This document shows, in pieces, positions 54,336-63,120 of a stretch of 64,000 nucleotides of DNA. The DNA comes from Acidobacteriota bacterium (lineage in GTDB: Bacteria > Acidobacteriota > UBA6911 > RPQK01), in assembly GCA_041946865.1 (NCBI GenBank), contig JBHGBF010000028.1, positions 4,257 through 68,256 of the forward strand. Direction: 5' to 3'. Both the position numbers and the translations under genes were made by a program. Each line of letters starts with the position of its first letter. The stretch's first letter is position 1. Below the pieces are notes generated by a model. That model searched no databases. It saw only the letters and a program-made list of their open reading frames with translations, and had not been told where the DNA came from.

Positions 54336-56273
54336 TCAACTTTCCGGCGTAAGCTCGGCCATCAACCTTTCCCACTCCTGGTAGAGGGCGGCGAGATCGG
54401 TGTCCAGTCTCTCGTGCTCCTCCGAAAGCTCGTGCAGGCGGGTGAAGTCGTCGTAGCCCTCCTGCAGCTCGGCGACAACCTTCTGCTGAGCAGCTTCCAA
54501 ATCGGCGATCCGGGTCTCGATTTCATGGAGCCGGCGCTCGCGGCGCAGGCGCTCGTTCTTGGAGAGTCCTGGGGCAGGCCTGGAAGGCGTGGCTTCGCGA
54601 AAAGGCGGCTCAGCGTCTCGGCCTTGCTCCTCGACGGGCCGGCTTGGTTGAGGCGGCTCGCGCTCCTCGATCAGCCGCTGCAGCTCCTCAATGCTGTCGG
54701 CAGGGACCAGACGCCGATCCCGAATCAGAAGGAAGCGCTCCACGACGTTGCGCAGGAAGTAAAGGTCGTGAGAAATGACGATCAGTGTTCCCTCGTAGCT
54801 GCCGAGCGCCTCTTCCAGAGCCTCTCGACTCTGAATATCGAGGTGGTTGGTCGGCTCGTCCAGAAGCAGGACATTCGAGGGATGGAAGAACAAGCGGGCC
54901 AGGGCCAGCCTGCTCTGTTCGCCACCACTCAGCCGGGAGACCTTCTTGAAGACGTCATCTTCCTGAAACAGGAACCTGGCGGCCAGGTTCCGGATCTCGA
55001 GGTCCGTGCAGGCTGAATCGAGTTCTCGCAAGCGGTCATAAACCGTCGCGTTCGGGTCTTCGATGGTTTGAGACTGCGCGAAATAGGCCGGGTAGTTGTT
55101 GACACCCCAGTCCAGGTGCCCGCCGAGCAGCCTGACCTCGCCCAGGAGGCTCTTGAGGAGAGTGGTCTTGCCGGTCCCGTTTCCGCCCACAAAAGCCACG
55201 CGCTCGCCCCGGCGGACCGTCAGTTTAACGTCCTCTATAAGCGGCCGCCCCTGCTCGTAGCCGATGACGCCCTGCCGGATACGCAAGCTGTCGGATCCGC
55301 CGCGCCCCGCCTCGGCGATCTTCAGCTTGATTTCCCGGGTGTCGTGATGCGGCCGTTCCAGCCAATCCGTCCGCTCCAGCTGCTTCAGACGCGACTGGGC
55401 CTGTTTGGTCTTTTGCCCGGCCATGTTCCGCCGAATGTAGTCCTCGGTTTTCGCCTTCCATTCCTGCTGTTTTTCGTACTGTTTCAGCTCAAATGCGATC
55501 CGTTCCTGTTTCAGGGCTCGGGAGCGGGTAAAGCCGGCCGGGTAATCGAACAGCCGGCCGGCCTCAAGCTCCCAGGTTCTTTCGGTGACGCGGTCGAGGA
55601 AGAGCCGGTCGTGGCTGATGACGATAAACGAAGTCTTGACCTGGCGCAGATATTCGGTCAGCCAGATTATCCCTTGAATGTCCAGATGGTTGGTCGGCTC
55701 GTCGAGGAGGAGGAGGTCCGCGCCGCGCAGGAGCGCCTCCGACAGCAGGAGGCGGCTCTGTTGCCCGCCGCTCAGATGGCTGGTCGGCAGGTCCAGGGTT
55801 TCCTTGTCGAACCCGAGACCCAACAGGACAGCCTCGGTTCGCGCCGCATAGTCGTATCCGCCTTGAAGGCGGTAGCGATGTCTCAAAGACTCGTATTCCG
55901 CCGCCAGGCTGTCCGGCAGATGCCCGGAGATCTTCGCCATTTCCGCTTCCAGTTCGTGCATCCGCAGCTCCATGGAGTGCAGGTGATCGAAGACCCGAAG
56001 CGCCTCCTGGCGCACTGTCGGATCTCCACGGAACTCGGCGATCTGGGCGACCCGGGAGATGACCAATCCCGAAGCGCGATAAACCTGCCCGGCGTCCGGC
56101 GACTGTCGGCCTTCAATCAGCTCGATGAGCGTAGTTTTCCCGGTCCCGTTTCGGCCTATCAGCCCGATCCGGTCACCTGGGTTGCACTGCACGGACAGGT
56201 CGCGGAACAGCCAGTCGCCGCCAAATTCCCGTCCTACGGATTCAAGTCGGAATAGCATCGGTTGGCGATTCAT
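54336..56273 (-). CDS. ABC-F family ATPase (tandem ABC domains, no TMD; Uup/YheS/EttA-like)
   Basis: There are two Walker A motifs ('GRNGTGKTT', 'GGNGTGKTT'), two ABC signatures ('LSGGQQSR', 'LSGGEQSR') and an inter-domain linker. The start was trimmed to the Met 'MNRQPMLFRLES'. Confidence 0.85.
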   Translation of the reverse strand: MNRQPMLFRLESVGREFGGDWLFRDLSVQCNPGDRIGLIGRNGTGKTTLIELIEGRQSPDAGQVYRASGLVISRVAQIAEFRGDPTVRQEALRVFDHLHSMELRMHELEAEMAKISGHLPDSLAAEYESLRHRYRLQGGYDYAARTEAVLLGLGFDKETLDLPTSHLSGGQQSRLLLSEALLRGADLLLLDEPTNHLDIQGIIWLTEYLRQVKTSFIVISHDRLFLDRVTERTWELEAGRLFDYPAGFTRSRALKQERIAFELKQYEKQQEWKAKTEDYIRRNMAGQKTKQAQSRLKQLERTDWLERPHHDTREIKLKIAEAGRGGSDSLRIRQGVIGYEQGRPLIEDVKLTVRRGERVAFVGGNGTGKTTLLKSLLGEVRLLGGHLDWGVNNYPAYFAQSQTIEDPNATVYDRLRELDSACTDLEIRNLAARFLFQEDDVFKKVSRLSGGEQSRLALARLFFHPSNVLLLDEPTNHLDIQSREALEEALGSYEGTLIVISHDLYFLRNVVERFLLIRDRRLVPADSIEELQRLIEEREPPQPSRPVEEQGRDAEPPFREATPSRPAPGLSKNERLRRERRLHEIETRIADLEAAQQKVVAELQEGYDDFTRLHELSEEHERLDTDLAALYQEWERLMAELTPES

Positions 56274-56340
56274 CCATGCTATCCGTTTTGTTCGTCGGCC
56301 GCTTGATTCAAGGCCAACGGACAGCACGGATTGCGCGGAA

Positions 56341-57714
56341 TCATTCTTTAATCTTGATAAACCCTGGATTCAGTATTCCCTTGGGATCGTAGAACCTTTT
56401 CCATCCGATCAAGCGGCCCCACCGGTCCCCAAAGTGGTTCTTCCATTGCTTCTGATCGAAATTGATCCAGCCGGAGAGGCAGCGCTTGCCGCCCATCTCG
56501 ATACTCAGCTCGCTTGCTTTCATGAGCATCGGGAGCACCATGGGCAGGAGCTGGCGAGGCACGGCCGGCAGGATTCCGAAGTGAACCATTCGTTCGCCTT
56601 CCGGGAGCATGAGCAGCGGGAGAGGTGGGCTCTGCTGAGGCAACGGGGCCAGAATGATCTGCCCGCCCGTGAGCAGGTTCGGCGGAAGGCTTCGAAGCAC
56701 ACCTTGGATAAAGGGTCCGGCGTTCCTCCAGGGAAGAACCGTTTCCACCCAGGGATGAGCGAGTGACCACGTCCCGGTTTCCCGCCAGAACGAGTATAGG
56801 GCGTCATGACGCGTGGCAAAGCCGAGCATCCCGGAATCTTCCACATGCGTCTTGCGGAAGTACCGCAGGCCGTCCAGCAGGCGCTCGTCGTGAGGCGGCG
56901 TGTGCCCGTGCTCGACCGACACCTGCAGCAGATAGAACCATTCGGCGAACTGGACCCTCGTCTCGCCCATACTCTTGAAGCCAAGCGAACACGGGACAGC
57001 AAAAGCCTCCAGGTAGTCAAACCGCTCCTCGATCATCAGGAGCTCGCAATCGCGCATTAACGCGGGAAGGTTATCGTACAGGAGATAGTACGTCCGCACC
57101 TGGGGCGCGCACACCCGCAGGTGGACCTTGGCCCGCGTGACAACCGAGAACTGTCCCAACCCCGCCCTGGTACAGTTGAAGAGCTCCGGATTCTCGTCCG
57201 GTGAACAACGGGCCGTGTGCCCCTCGCCTGTGATCACCTCGAGCTCTTCCAGGTAAAGAACCAGGTGGCCGCGTTTAAAGCTCGATGCGCCCAGCCCGCC
57301 CATCGATACCGTCCCGCCCACCGTCACGTCGAGATAACTGGGAAACACCGGCGGGACCAGGTTCTCTTCGACAGCCATCCGGACGAGATCGCTCCAGAGA
57401 GCGCCGGCCTGAACCCAGGCCGAATGTCGCCCGATTCGCTCGATTCGATTCAGCGGTCCCATGTCAAGGAGGATCCCGCCTTGGCTCAGCGACTGGCCGC
57501 TCTGGGAATGGGACATCCCGCGCGTCGTCACAGCCCAGCCCTCGGCAGCCGCGGTCTTGATGAGCGTGCAAACGTCTTTGGTCGAGTAGGGCACGGCGAC
57601 GGCTGCCGGCGAGCAGGCAACCAGCCCTCCGAAGTCGGTTTGGACCTCGGCCAGAGTCTCCTCGTCGGTGAGAATCTGGCCTTGAAATGCTTCTTTCAGT
57701 TTCTCGAAAGCCAT
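56341..57714 (-). CDS. FAD-linked oxidase (PCMH-type FAD-binding domain; cytokinin dehydrogenase / BBE-like)
   Basis: The FAD-binding N-domain ('TRGMSHSQSGQS') and the C-terminal '...DPKGILNPGF' motif are typical of this family. The protein is 457 aa. Confidence 0.75.
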   Translation of the reverse strand: MAFEKLKEAFQGQILTDEETLAEVQTDFGGLVACSPAAVAVPYSTKDVCTLIKTAAAEGWAVTTRGMSHSQSGQSLSQGGILLDMGPLNRIERIGRHSAWVQAGALWSDLVRMAVEENLVPPVFPSYLDVTVGGTVSMGGLGASSFKRGHLVLYLEELEVITGEGHTARCSPDENPELFNCTRAGLGQFSVVTRAKVHLRVCAPQVRTYYLLYDNLPALMRDCELLMIEERFDYLEAFAVPCSLGFKSMGETRVQFAEWFYLLQVSVEHGHTPPHDERLLDGLRYFRKTHVEDSGMLGFATRHDALYSFWRETGTWSLAHPWVETVLPWRNAGPFIQGVLRSLPPNLLTGGQIILAPLPQQSPPLPLLMLPEGERMVHFGILPAVPRQLLPMVLPMLMKASELSIEMGGKRCLSGWINFDQKQWKNHFGDRWGRLIGWKRFYDPKGILNPGFIKIKE

Positions 57715-57856
57715 CTGGCGCCCCGTGCTAAACTTCTGAGTTTACCACGTTAGCAGTGAGACCGGACGAGCCTTTTGTCGGGCCGACTTGCCTGCGCGCG
57801 ACGTACTGAGCCTGTCGCGGCCGGCCGGATGCCGGACCGAGGCGCCGGAGCAGTCT

Positions 57857-58834
57857 ATGACAGCCGACCTGCCCAAGCAAATCCTGATCATCAGGACCGG
57901 CGGCGTGGGAGATTTCATCCTCAGCCTCCCCGTGATCCGCGCTCTCGCGGAGTGCTGGCCGGAGGCCGAGCTGGAGATTCTGGGAAGGCCCGCTATTGCT
58001 GAATTGGCCGGCTCTCGTGTGAAGCGCATCACCTCGGTTGACGATCGCCGCTTTGCAAGTCTCTTCACCGACGCCGCGCTGAGCGGTTCTGACCCCGCCA
58101 CGGTGTACCTGTCCTCGTTCGATCTGGCGGTCAGTTTCCTCGGCGTTCCGGAATCGGATTTCGGCGCCAGGCTGCGGTCCCTGGTTCCTCGGACGTTTTT
58201 CATTTCCCCACCGAAAGCATCGGGAACCAGACACGCCGTCACTCACTTCCTTCAGGCGCTCGAGCCTGCGGGAATCGTGACTGCGGATCCGATCCCGCGA
58301 GTCGAGCTTCCGGGGGAGGCCCGAGAGGCCGGGCGACGGCTGCTGCAAAGAGCCGCCGGAACAGCCGCGTTCGACCCGCCGGTCATCATTCATCCCGGAA
58401 GCGGCGGCCGTCACAAAAACTGGCCTCCCCGGCTGTTTGCACAGACAATCGGACTTTTCAAGGCGACCGGACCCCAGCCGGTCCTGCTCCAAGGCGAGGC
58501 CGACGAAGCAACGATCGGGGAAGTCATGGATCAGCTGGGACGAAACCAGGCGCCGGTGCTGAAAGACGCGCGGCTGGTCGAAGTCGCGGGCGCCATTGCC
58601 TGCAGTCAGCTCGTGGTAGGCAATGACAGCGGCATCAGCCATCTGGCCGCGGCTCTCGGCATCCCTCTCGTCTGCCTGTTCGGTCCCACCGACCCGAAGG
58701 TCTGGCGCCCCTTAGGCCCTCGCGTGCGTGTCCTGACCTTCGACGAGGCAACCCCCGAGCGAGTGCAAGAAGCAGGCATCGCCTTAATGCGAGGCAGTCG
58801 TCAGGAGCCGGACAGGCGCACATCAGCGACCTGA
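57857..58834 (+). CDS. Glycosyltransferase family 9 (heptosyltransferase-like)
   Basis: The protein has 'KQILIIRTGGVGDFILSLPVIRAL' and the C-terminal 'GNDSGISHLAAALGIPLVCLFGPTDP' region. The start was trimmed to the Met 'MTADLPKQ'. Confidence 0.75.
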   Translation: MTADLPKQILIIRTGGVGDFILSLPVIRALAECWPEAELEILGRPAIAELAGSRVKRITSVDDRRFASLFTDAALSGSDPATVYLSSFDLAVSFLGVPESDFGARLRSLVPRTFFISPPKASGTRHAVTHFLQALEPAGIVTADPIPRVELPGEAREAGRRLLQRAAGTAAFDPPVIIHPGSGGRHKNWPPRLFAQTIGLFKATGPQPVLLQGEADEATIGEVMDQLGRNQAPVLKDARLVEVAGAIACSQLVVGNDSGISHLAAALGIPLVCLFGPTDPKVWRPLGPRVRVLTFDEATPERVQEAGIALMRGSRQEPDRRTSAT

Positions 58835-58965
58835 TCCGGGCAGGAGACACGAGCGGTTCGTAGTCCCGCCTTCTGCGAGGGCTTTTCATGGTTTGTCCAG
58901 TCCGCCTCGGCGTATACTGAGCGGACGTTTTCAACTGCTGATCCAGGCAGGGGGATTCCGGAGGG

Positions 58966-59826
58966 ATGGGTCAATCGGTTTTTGCGACGACTGTGATTTC
59001 ACGCCGGCAGGCCATCGTGCTGCTCCTCTTTGCCGCCGTTTTCTGGAGTCTGGGAGGACTTCTCATCAAATCGGTCCAGTGGAACCCGCTCGCCATAGCC
59101 GGCTGCCGAAGCGCGATTGCCGCCGCTTTGATCGCGCTGATCGTGCGCCGCCCGAATCTCCACTGGTCGGCGGTGCAAATCGGCGGCGCTTTTGCCTACG
59201 CGGGGACGGTCATCCTTTTCGTCGTCGCGACCAGGTTGACAACGGCCGCGAATGCGATCCTCCTGCAATACACGGCCCCCATTTACGTGGCGCTGCTCTC
59301 GCACTGGCTTCTTCGGGAGAAGATCCGTTGGATCGATTGGGCCACGATCGCAGCCGCTCTTGCGGGGATGGCGCTTTTCTTCCTTGACAGCCTTTCACCG
59401 GCCGGATTCTGGGGCAACGCTGCGGCCGTGGCCAGCGGGGTCACGTTCGCCTGGTTGGTCCTGCTCATGCGCAAGCAGAAAGGAGGATCGACTATTGAAT
59501 CCGTCCTGCTCGGCAATATCCTGACGGCTGTCCTGTGCTCGCCTTTTTTCTTCACAGGATTCCCCACGCAATGGTCTGACTGGTCTGTTCTCCTGACGCT
59601 CGGCCTCTTCCAGCTGGGCCTGTCCTATCTCCTCTATTCCCTGGCGATCAAGTCTGTCACGGCCATTGAAGCCATACTGATCCCCGTGATCGAGCCGATC
59701 CTCAACCCTGTCTGGGTGCTTCTGTTTCTGGGCGAGAGGCCAGGCGCCTGGGCGATGGCTGGCGGGGCCATCGTGCTCGCCGCCGTCACCCTGCGTAGCG
59801 TCGCGTTGACGATTCACGATCGTTGA
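58966..59826 (+). CDS. DMT family transporter (two EamA domains)
   Basis: The 286-aa protein has 10 TM segments and duplicated EamA halves. Confidence 0.8.
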   Translation: MGQSVFATTVISRRQAIVLLLFAAVFWSLGGLLIKSVQWNPLAIAGCRSAIAAALIALIVRRPNLHWSAVQIGGAFAYAGTVILFVVATRLTTAANAILLQYTAPIYVALLSHWLLREKIRWIDWATIAAALAGMALFFLDSLSPAGFWGNAAAVASGVTFAWLVLLMRKQKGGSTIESVLLGNILTAVLCSPFFFTGFPTQWSDWSVLLTLGLFQLGLSYLLYSLAIKSVTAIEAILIPVIEPILNPVWVLLFLGERPGAWAMAGGAIVLAAVTLRSVALTIHDR

Positions 59827-59899
59827 TCGATCATGGGTTCTGTCGCGATGAGGAGTCAGTCGTCAACCGTTAAACGTCAGTCAGCAAATCGGATGGAGT

Positions 59900-60670
59900 A
59901 TGAGGAACATGAACGGAAGAATCTTCTGGCTTGTGCCGGCTCTGGTTGCGCTGGTCTTGATTCTTGGGCCGAACTTCCTGACTTCGGACGCTCAGACCGG
60001 AGCTCCAGCTGGCTTTGTCTCTATTTTTGACGGAAAGACCTTTGCAGGGTGGAAAGTCCCCGAGGGTGACAACGGCCATTGGAAGATCGTCAATCGAGTC
60101 ATCGATTACGACGCCGAGAGTGAAGCCAAGGGCGATAAGAACCTGTGGACCGTAAAGGAGTACGGGGACTTCGTGGTCAGGGTCGACTGGCGGATCAAAG
60201 CTACGCCGTACAAGAACCCCGATGTCCCGATCATCTTGCCGACCGGGGATCACAAGCTCGACGAAAACGGAAAGGAGATCCGCATGGTGGTTCCGGATTC
60301 CGACTCGGGCATCCTGCTGCGCGGACAGCCGAAATCCCAGGTGAACATTTGGTGTTGGCCGGTCGGCTCGGGAGAAGTGTACGGCTATCGGATGGACAAG
60401 ACCATGCCCGCCGAGGTACGAGCCCGAGTCACACCCAAAGTCCTTGCCGACAAGAACATCGGCGAGTGGAATACGTACGAAATCACCATGCGCGGCGACC
60501 GGCTCACCGTGGTCCTCAACGGCAAGACCGTCATTGAAAACGCCCAACTCCCGGGCATTGCCAGGCGCGGCCCGCTCGGCCTGCAGCACCACGGGGCTAA
60601 AACAAACGGCCAATGGAACACCCCGCCCGCCCTCGTGCAGTTCAGGAACATTTATGTGAAAGAGCTGTAA
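59900..60670 (+). CDS. DUF1080 (3-keto-disaccharide hydrolase / LamG-like) domain protein, secreted
   Basis: The signal peptide 'MNGRIFWLVPALVALVLIL' is followed by 'FDGKTFAGWK...NGHWKI' and a C-terminal '...FRNIYVKEL', which is characteristic of DUF1080. Confidence 0.75.
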   Translation: MRNMNGRIFWLVPALVALVLILGPNFLTSDAQTGAPAGFVSIFDGKTFAGWKVPEGDNGHWKIVNRVIDYDAESEAKGDKNLWTVKEYGDFVVRVDWRIKATPYKNPDVPIILPTGDHKLDENGKEIRMVVPDSDSGILLRGQPKSQVNIWCWPVGSGEVYGYRMDKTMPAEVRARVTPKVLADKNIGEWNTYEITMRGDRLTVVLNGKTVIENAQLPGIARRGPLGLQHHGAKTNGQWNTPPALVQFRNIYVKEL

Positions 60671-60825
60671 GAACCCTCAGACGAAACGGACGGGGAGCGC
60701 GCAGGCTGGAGGTCTGCCGCTCCCAGCGTCCCCGTCACCCCGCGCTTCCCCTCAGTCAGTAATCCCGATCACTGATCTGGAATTTTCTGCCCGCTAATCT
60801 TCTGCCGCTTACGAAGAGGGGGAGC

Positions 60826-61239
60826 GTGCCGATCTGCCTGTACTTTCCGGAGTTCGCGATCGAGAGAGAACTGGTCCGTGAAGTCTGCCGAAGAAGCGGT
60901 TTGCCGGCTCCCCGTTACGTCTTCCCCGCGCCGGATCTGCTGGCTCAGATCGAGAACGCCTTGAAAGTCCTGGATGCGGTAGAGAAAGCCTGCCTGCCTG
61001 AAATTGTCCAGAGGCGGTGCCGCTTTTTCATCCAGGAATATGTCCTGCCCGAGCTTGAAAACTTCCTCCACCTTGCGCGAGCGATCGCCGAGACGCCTCG
61101 CGGCAGCGAGGCCGAGGCCCGCGTGCTCGAACGCTTCGGCATCTCGGTCGAGCTGGGAATCATCAGGCGCAACTCCAGGACCAAGGCCCTCAGCAGATCC
61201 GACCAGGAATTCCTCCAAGGCTTCAACATCGTGTGGTGA
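60826..61239 (+). CDS. Hypothetical protein (GTG start)
   Basis: The 137-aa ORF has AGGGGGAG 5 nt upstream of the GTG and no recognisable domain. Confidence 0.45.
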   Translation: MPICLYFPEFAIERELVREVCRRSGLPAPRYVFPAPDLLAQIENALKVLDAVEKACLPEIVQRRCRFFIQEYVLPELENFLHLARAIAETPRGSEAEARVLERFGISVELGIIRRNSRTKALSRSDQEFLQGFNIVW

Positions 61240-61548
61240 AGCGGGGGCCGTTCGGCACCCGAACCGACCATACGGGCTACCGCCTCGACGAAAGCCTCCT
61301 GATCGCTGGAAAAGGGGCCGTAACCGCTCAGTCTTGTTCGTAGCTCCGCTTTTGGGCCGGTTCGCTCAAAGCACTACGGGGAGCGAGGCGAATGGATTGT
61401 AAGGCTTGATTCAAAGCCCGCCCGAAGGCGGAACGACAAACAAAACTGGGACTTAGCCCCACTGATTTGGAGGTGAAAGGGCGAATGGCGCAGCGAGATC
61501 CACACCCGCGCCGGATGCGTGCGTTCAAAACGAATCGATCCTGGTTCC

Positions 61549-61623
61549 GGCACTCACCCGACACGCTCCCCGTCCGCTGACGGTCCGCAAAAAGCGCTCC
61601 GCTTGCGGCTCTGTGGCGCTTTC
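61549..61623 (+). repeat. GC-rich hairpin intergenic repeat, copy B
   Basis: This copy is about 90% identical to the reverse complement of 11746..11825. It contains AAAAAGCGC-tccg-CTTGCGGCTC-tgtg-GCGCTTTC, which can form an AAAGCGC/GCGCTTT stem. It lies about 140 nt upstream of the nitroreductase-like gene. Confidence 0.55.
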
Positions 61624-61759
61624 AGAGCCTCGCCGTACGAAGACTGGAGGGTTACCAGGGGGCCACAGAATTTGCTTGCTTCTCGGTTTCGATTTCGGTA
61701 GCTTTCACTCACTCGTTCATACCGGTCTGGGGCCCGCGGATTTGCGAGAGGAGTACAGG

Positions 61760-62914
61760 ATGAAAGCCAGATGGCCTTCAGACGGGATCTTCCACCGACA
61801 GCTCTTGGCCCTGATCAGGCTGGCCACGTTGGCGCCTTCAAAATACAACACGCAACCCTGGACCTTCGCGATTGAAAAGAACGCTGTGCGGATCTGCCCG
61901 AATCTATCCCGACGGCTTCCGGTCGCCGACCCGCACAACCGCGCGCTGTACATAAGCCTCGGCTGCGCGCTCGAGAACCTGCTCATCGGCGCCGCGTGTT
62001 ACGGTCTCCGCGCGGAGGTTGAGTACCACCTCGAGAACGACCGGGCCCACTCGATCCTGGTCCGTCTGACCCGTACGCCGGCCCGCCAGGGCGATCCCCA
62101 ATTGCTGCGGGCTATTGCCGACCGCCAGACTACACGCGGAAAGTACAGCGGAGACAGGATTGCATCGGCGGATCTGCGCTTGCTGGTCCACGCCAGCCGG
62201 GAAGAGGGAGTCCATTTCGGACTTCTTACCGGCCCCCACGAGGTCCGACCGATCTTTGCAGCCGTCCGGGAATCCAATCGCCGCGTACTCGCCGACAACG
62301 GCTTTCTCAGCGAGATCCTGTCCTGGATCCGCTTCACGCGGAAAGAGGCGGAGGCCACGCACGACGGACTCAGCAACACCGTCCTCGGGCTTCCACCGTT
62401 GCCCTCATGGCTCGCTGGGAAGGCCACGCGCAAGTTCGTGGTCCGTTGCCGGCTTCGCGACCGGGAGAAGCTCATTCCCGGGTCAGCAGCCGTGATGCTC
62501 TTTGCAGTCGCGCGCAACGACCCGCTGCATTGGATCGCAGCAGGACGAAGCTTCGAGAGGGTTGCCTTGACAGCTGCGAACTTGCACATCCGGCACTCTC
62601 ACCTGACTCCGGCCTGTGACGTCGTCCAGACTCGGATCCGGCTTTCGAGCTTCCTGGGGCTTTCCGACAGCGAGACCCCGGTGCTGCTGCTCCGGATCGG
62701 TTATGCAGACCCGTTGTCGGCTTCGCTGCGGCGGCCCGTAGCCGACGTTCTGGCGCCGCCGACCAGCACGGAGCCTGCCGGGGGCAGGCGCGCGGCGCAA
62801 TCATGGCTTCACACGGCGGGTGATTCCATCCACGGAGTGCATGGGGACAAGCTTCGAGGCATCCGGCTGGCCCTGGAAAAAGAAGGGCTGAGGAGCCCCG
62901 AGAGTCGCATGTAA
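61760..62914 (+). CDS. Nitroreductase family protein (two-domain, Acg-like)
   Basis: The start was trimmed to the Met 'MKARWPS' (GGAG ribosome-binding site). 'SKYNTQPWTF' and 'CALENLLIGAACYGL' are nitroreductase-fold signatures. Confidence 0.65.
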   Translation: MKARWPSDGIFHRQLLALIRLATLAPSKYNTQPWTFAIEKNAVRICPNLSRRLPVADPHNRALYISLGCALENLLIGAACYGLRAEVEYHLENDRAHSILVRLTRTPARQGDPQLLRAIADRQTTRGKYSGDRIASADLRLLVHASREEGVHFGLLTGPHEVRPIFAAVRESNRRVLADNGFLSEILSWIRFTRKEAEATHDGLSNTVLGLPPLPSWLAGKATRKFVVRCRLRDREKLIPGSAAVMLFAVARNDPLHWIAAGRSFERVALTAANLHIRHSHLTPACDVVQTRIRLSSFLGLSDSETPVLLLRIGYADPLSASLRRPVADVLAPPTSTEPAGGRRAAQSWLHTAGDSIHGVHGDKLRGIRLALEKEGLRSPESRM

Positions 62915-62921
62915 GTATCCC

Positions 62922-62950
62922 CCGGCAGAGCCGGGCGCTTTAGTTTCGTG
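62922..62950 (+). terminator. Intrinsic terminator-like hairpin CCCGGC-AGA-GCCGGG followed by CGCUUUAGUUU
   Basis: It lies 8 nt after the nitroreductase-like stop. The stem is 6 bp and is followed by a U-rich tract. Confidence 0.4.
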
Positions 62951-62956
62951 AGCCCT

Positions 62957-63119
62957 CAAAGCGGCGTGAGGTAGCCGCTGGCGCGCCTACTTGCGCCGCT
63001 GGCCTTAACGAACCCGCTTGCTTCGCTGAAAAGCGCTCGCGCGCGATCGAGCGTGCGGGTAGGCTTTTATCGTGGCCGGACTCTCCAGAGTCCGGTTGCC
63101 GGGCTCGCGAGAGCCCGGC
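62957..63119. repeat. Cluster of GC-rich hairpins / short direct repeats (REP-like)
   Basis: The cluster comprises a GCGGC...GCCGC hairpin (62961-62978), a 'GCCGCTGGC' direct repeat (62974 and 62995), a CGCTCG...CGAGCG hairpin (63034-63053), and tandem perfect hairpins CCGGACTC-TCCA-GAGTCCGG (63076-63095) and GCCGGGCTC-GCGA-GAGCCCGGC (63098-63119). Confidence 0.45.
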
Positions 63120-63120
63120 C

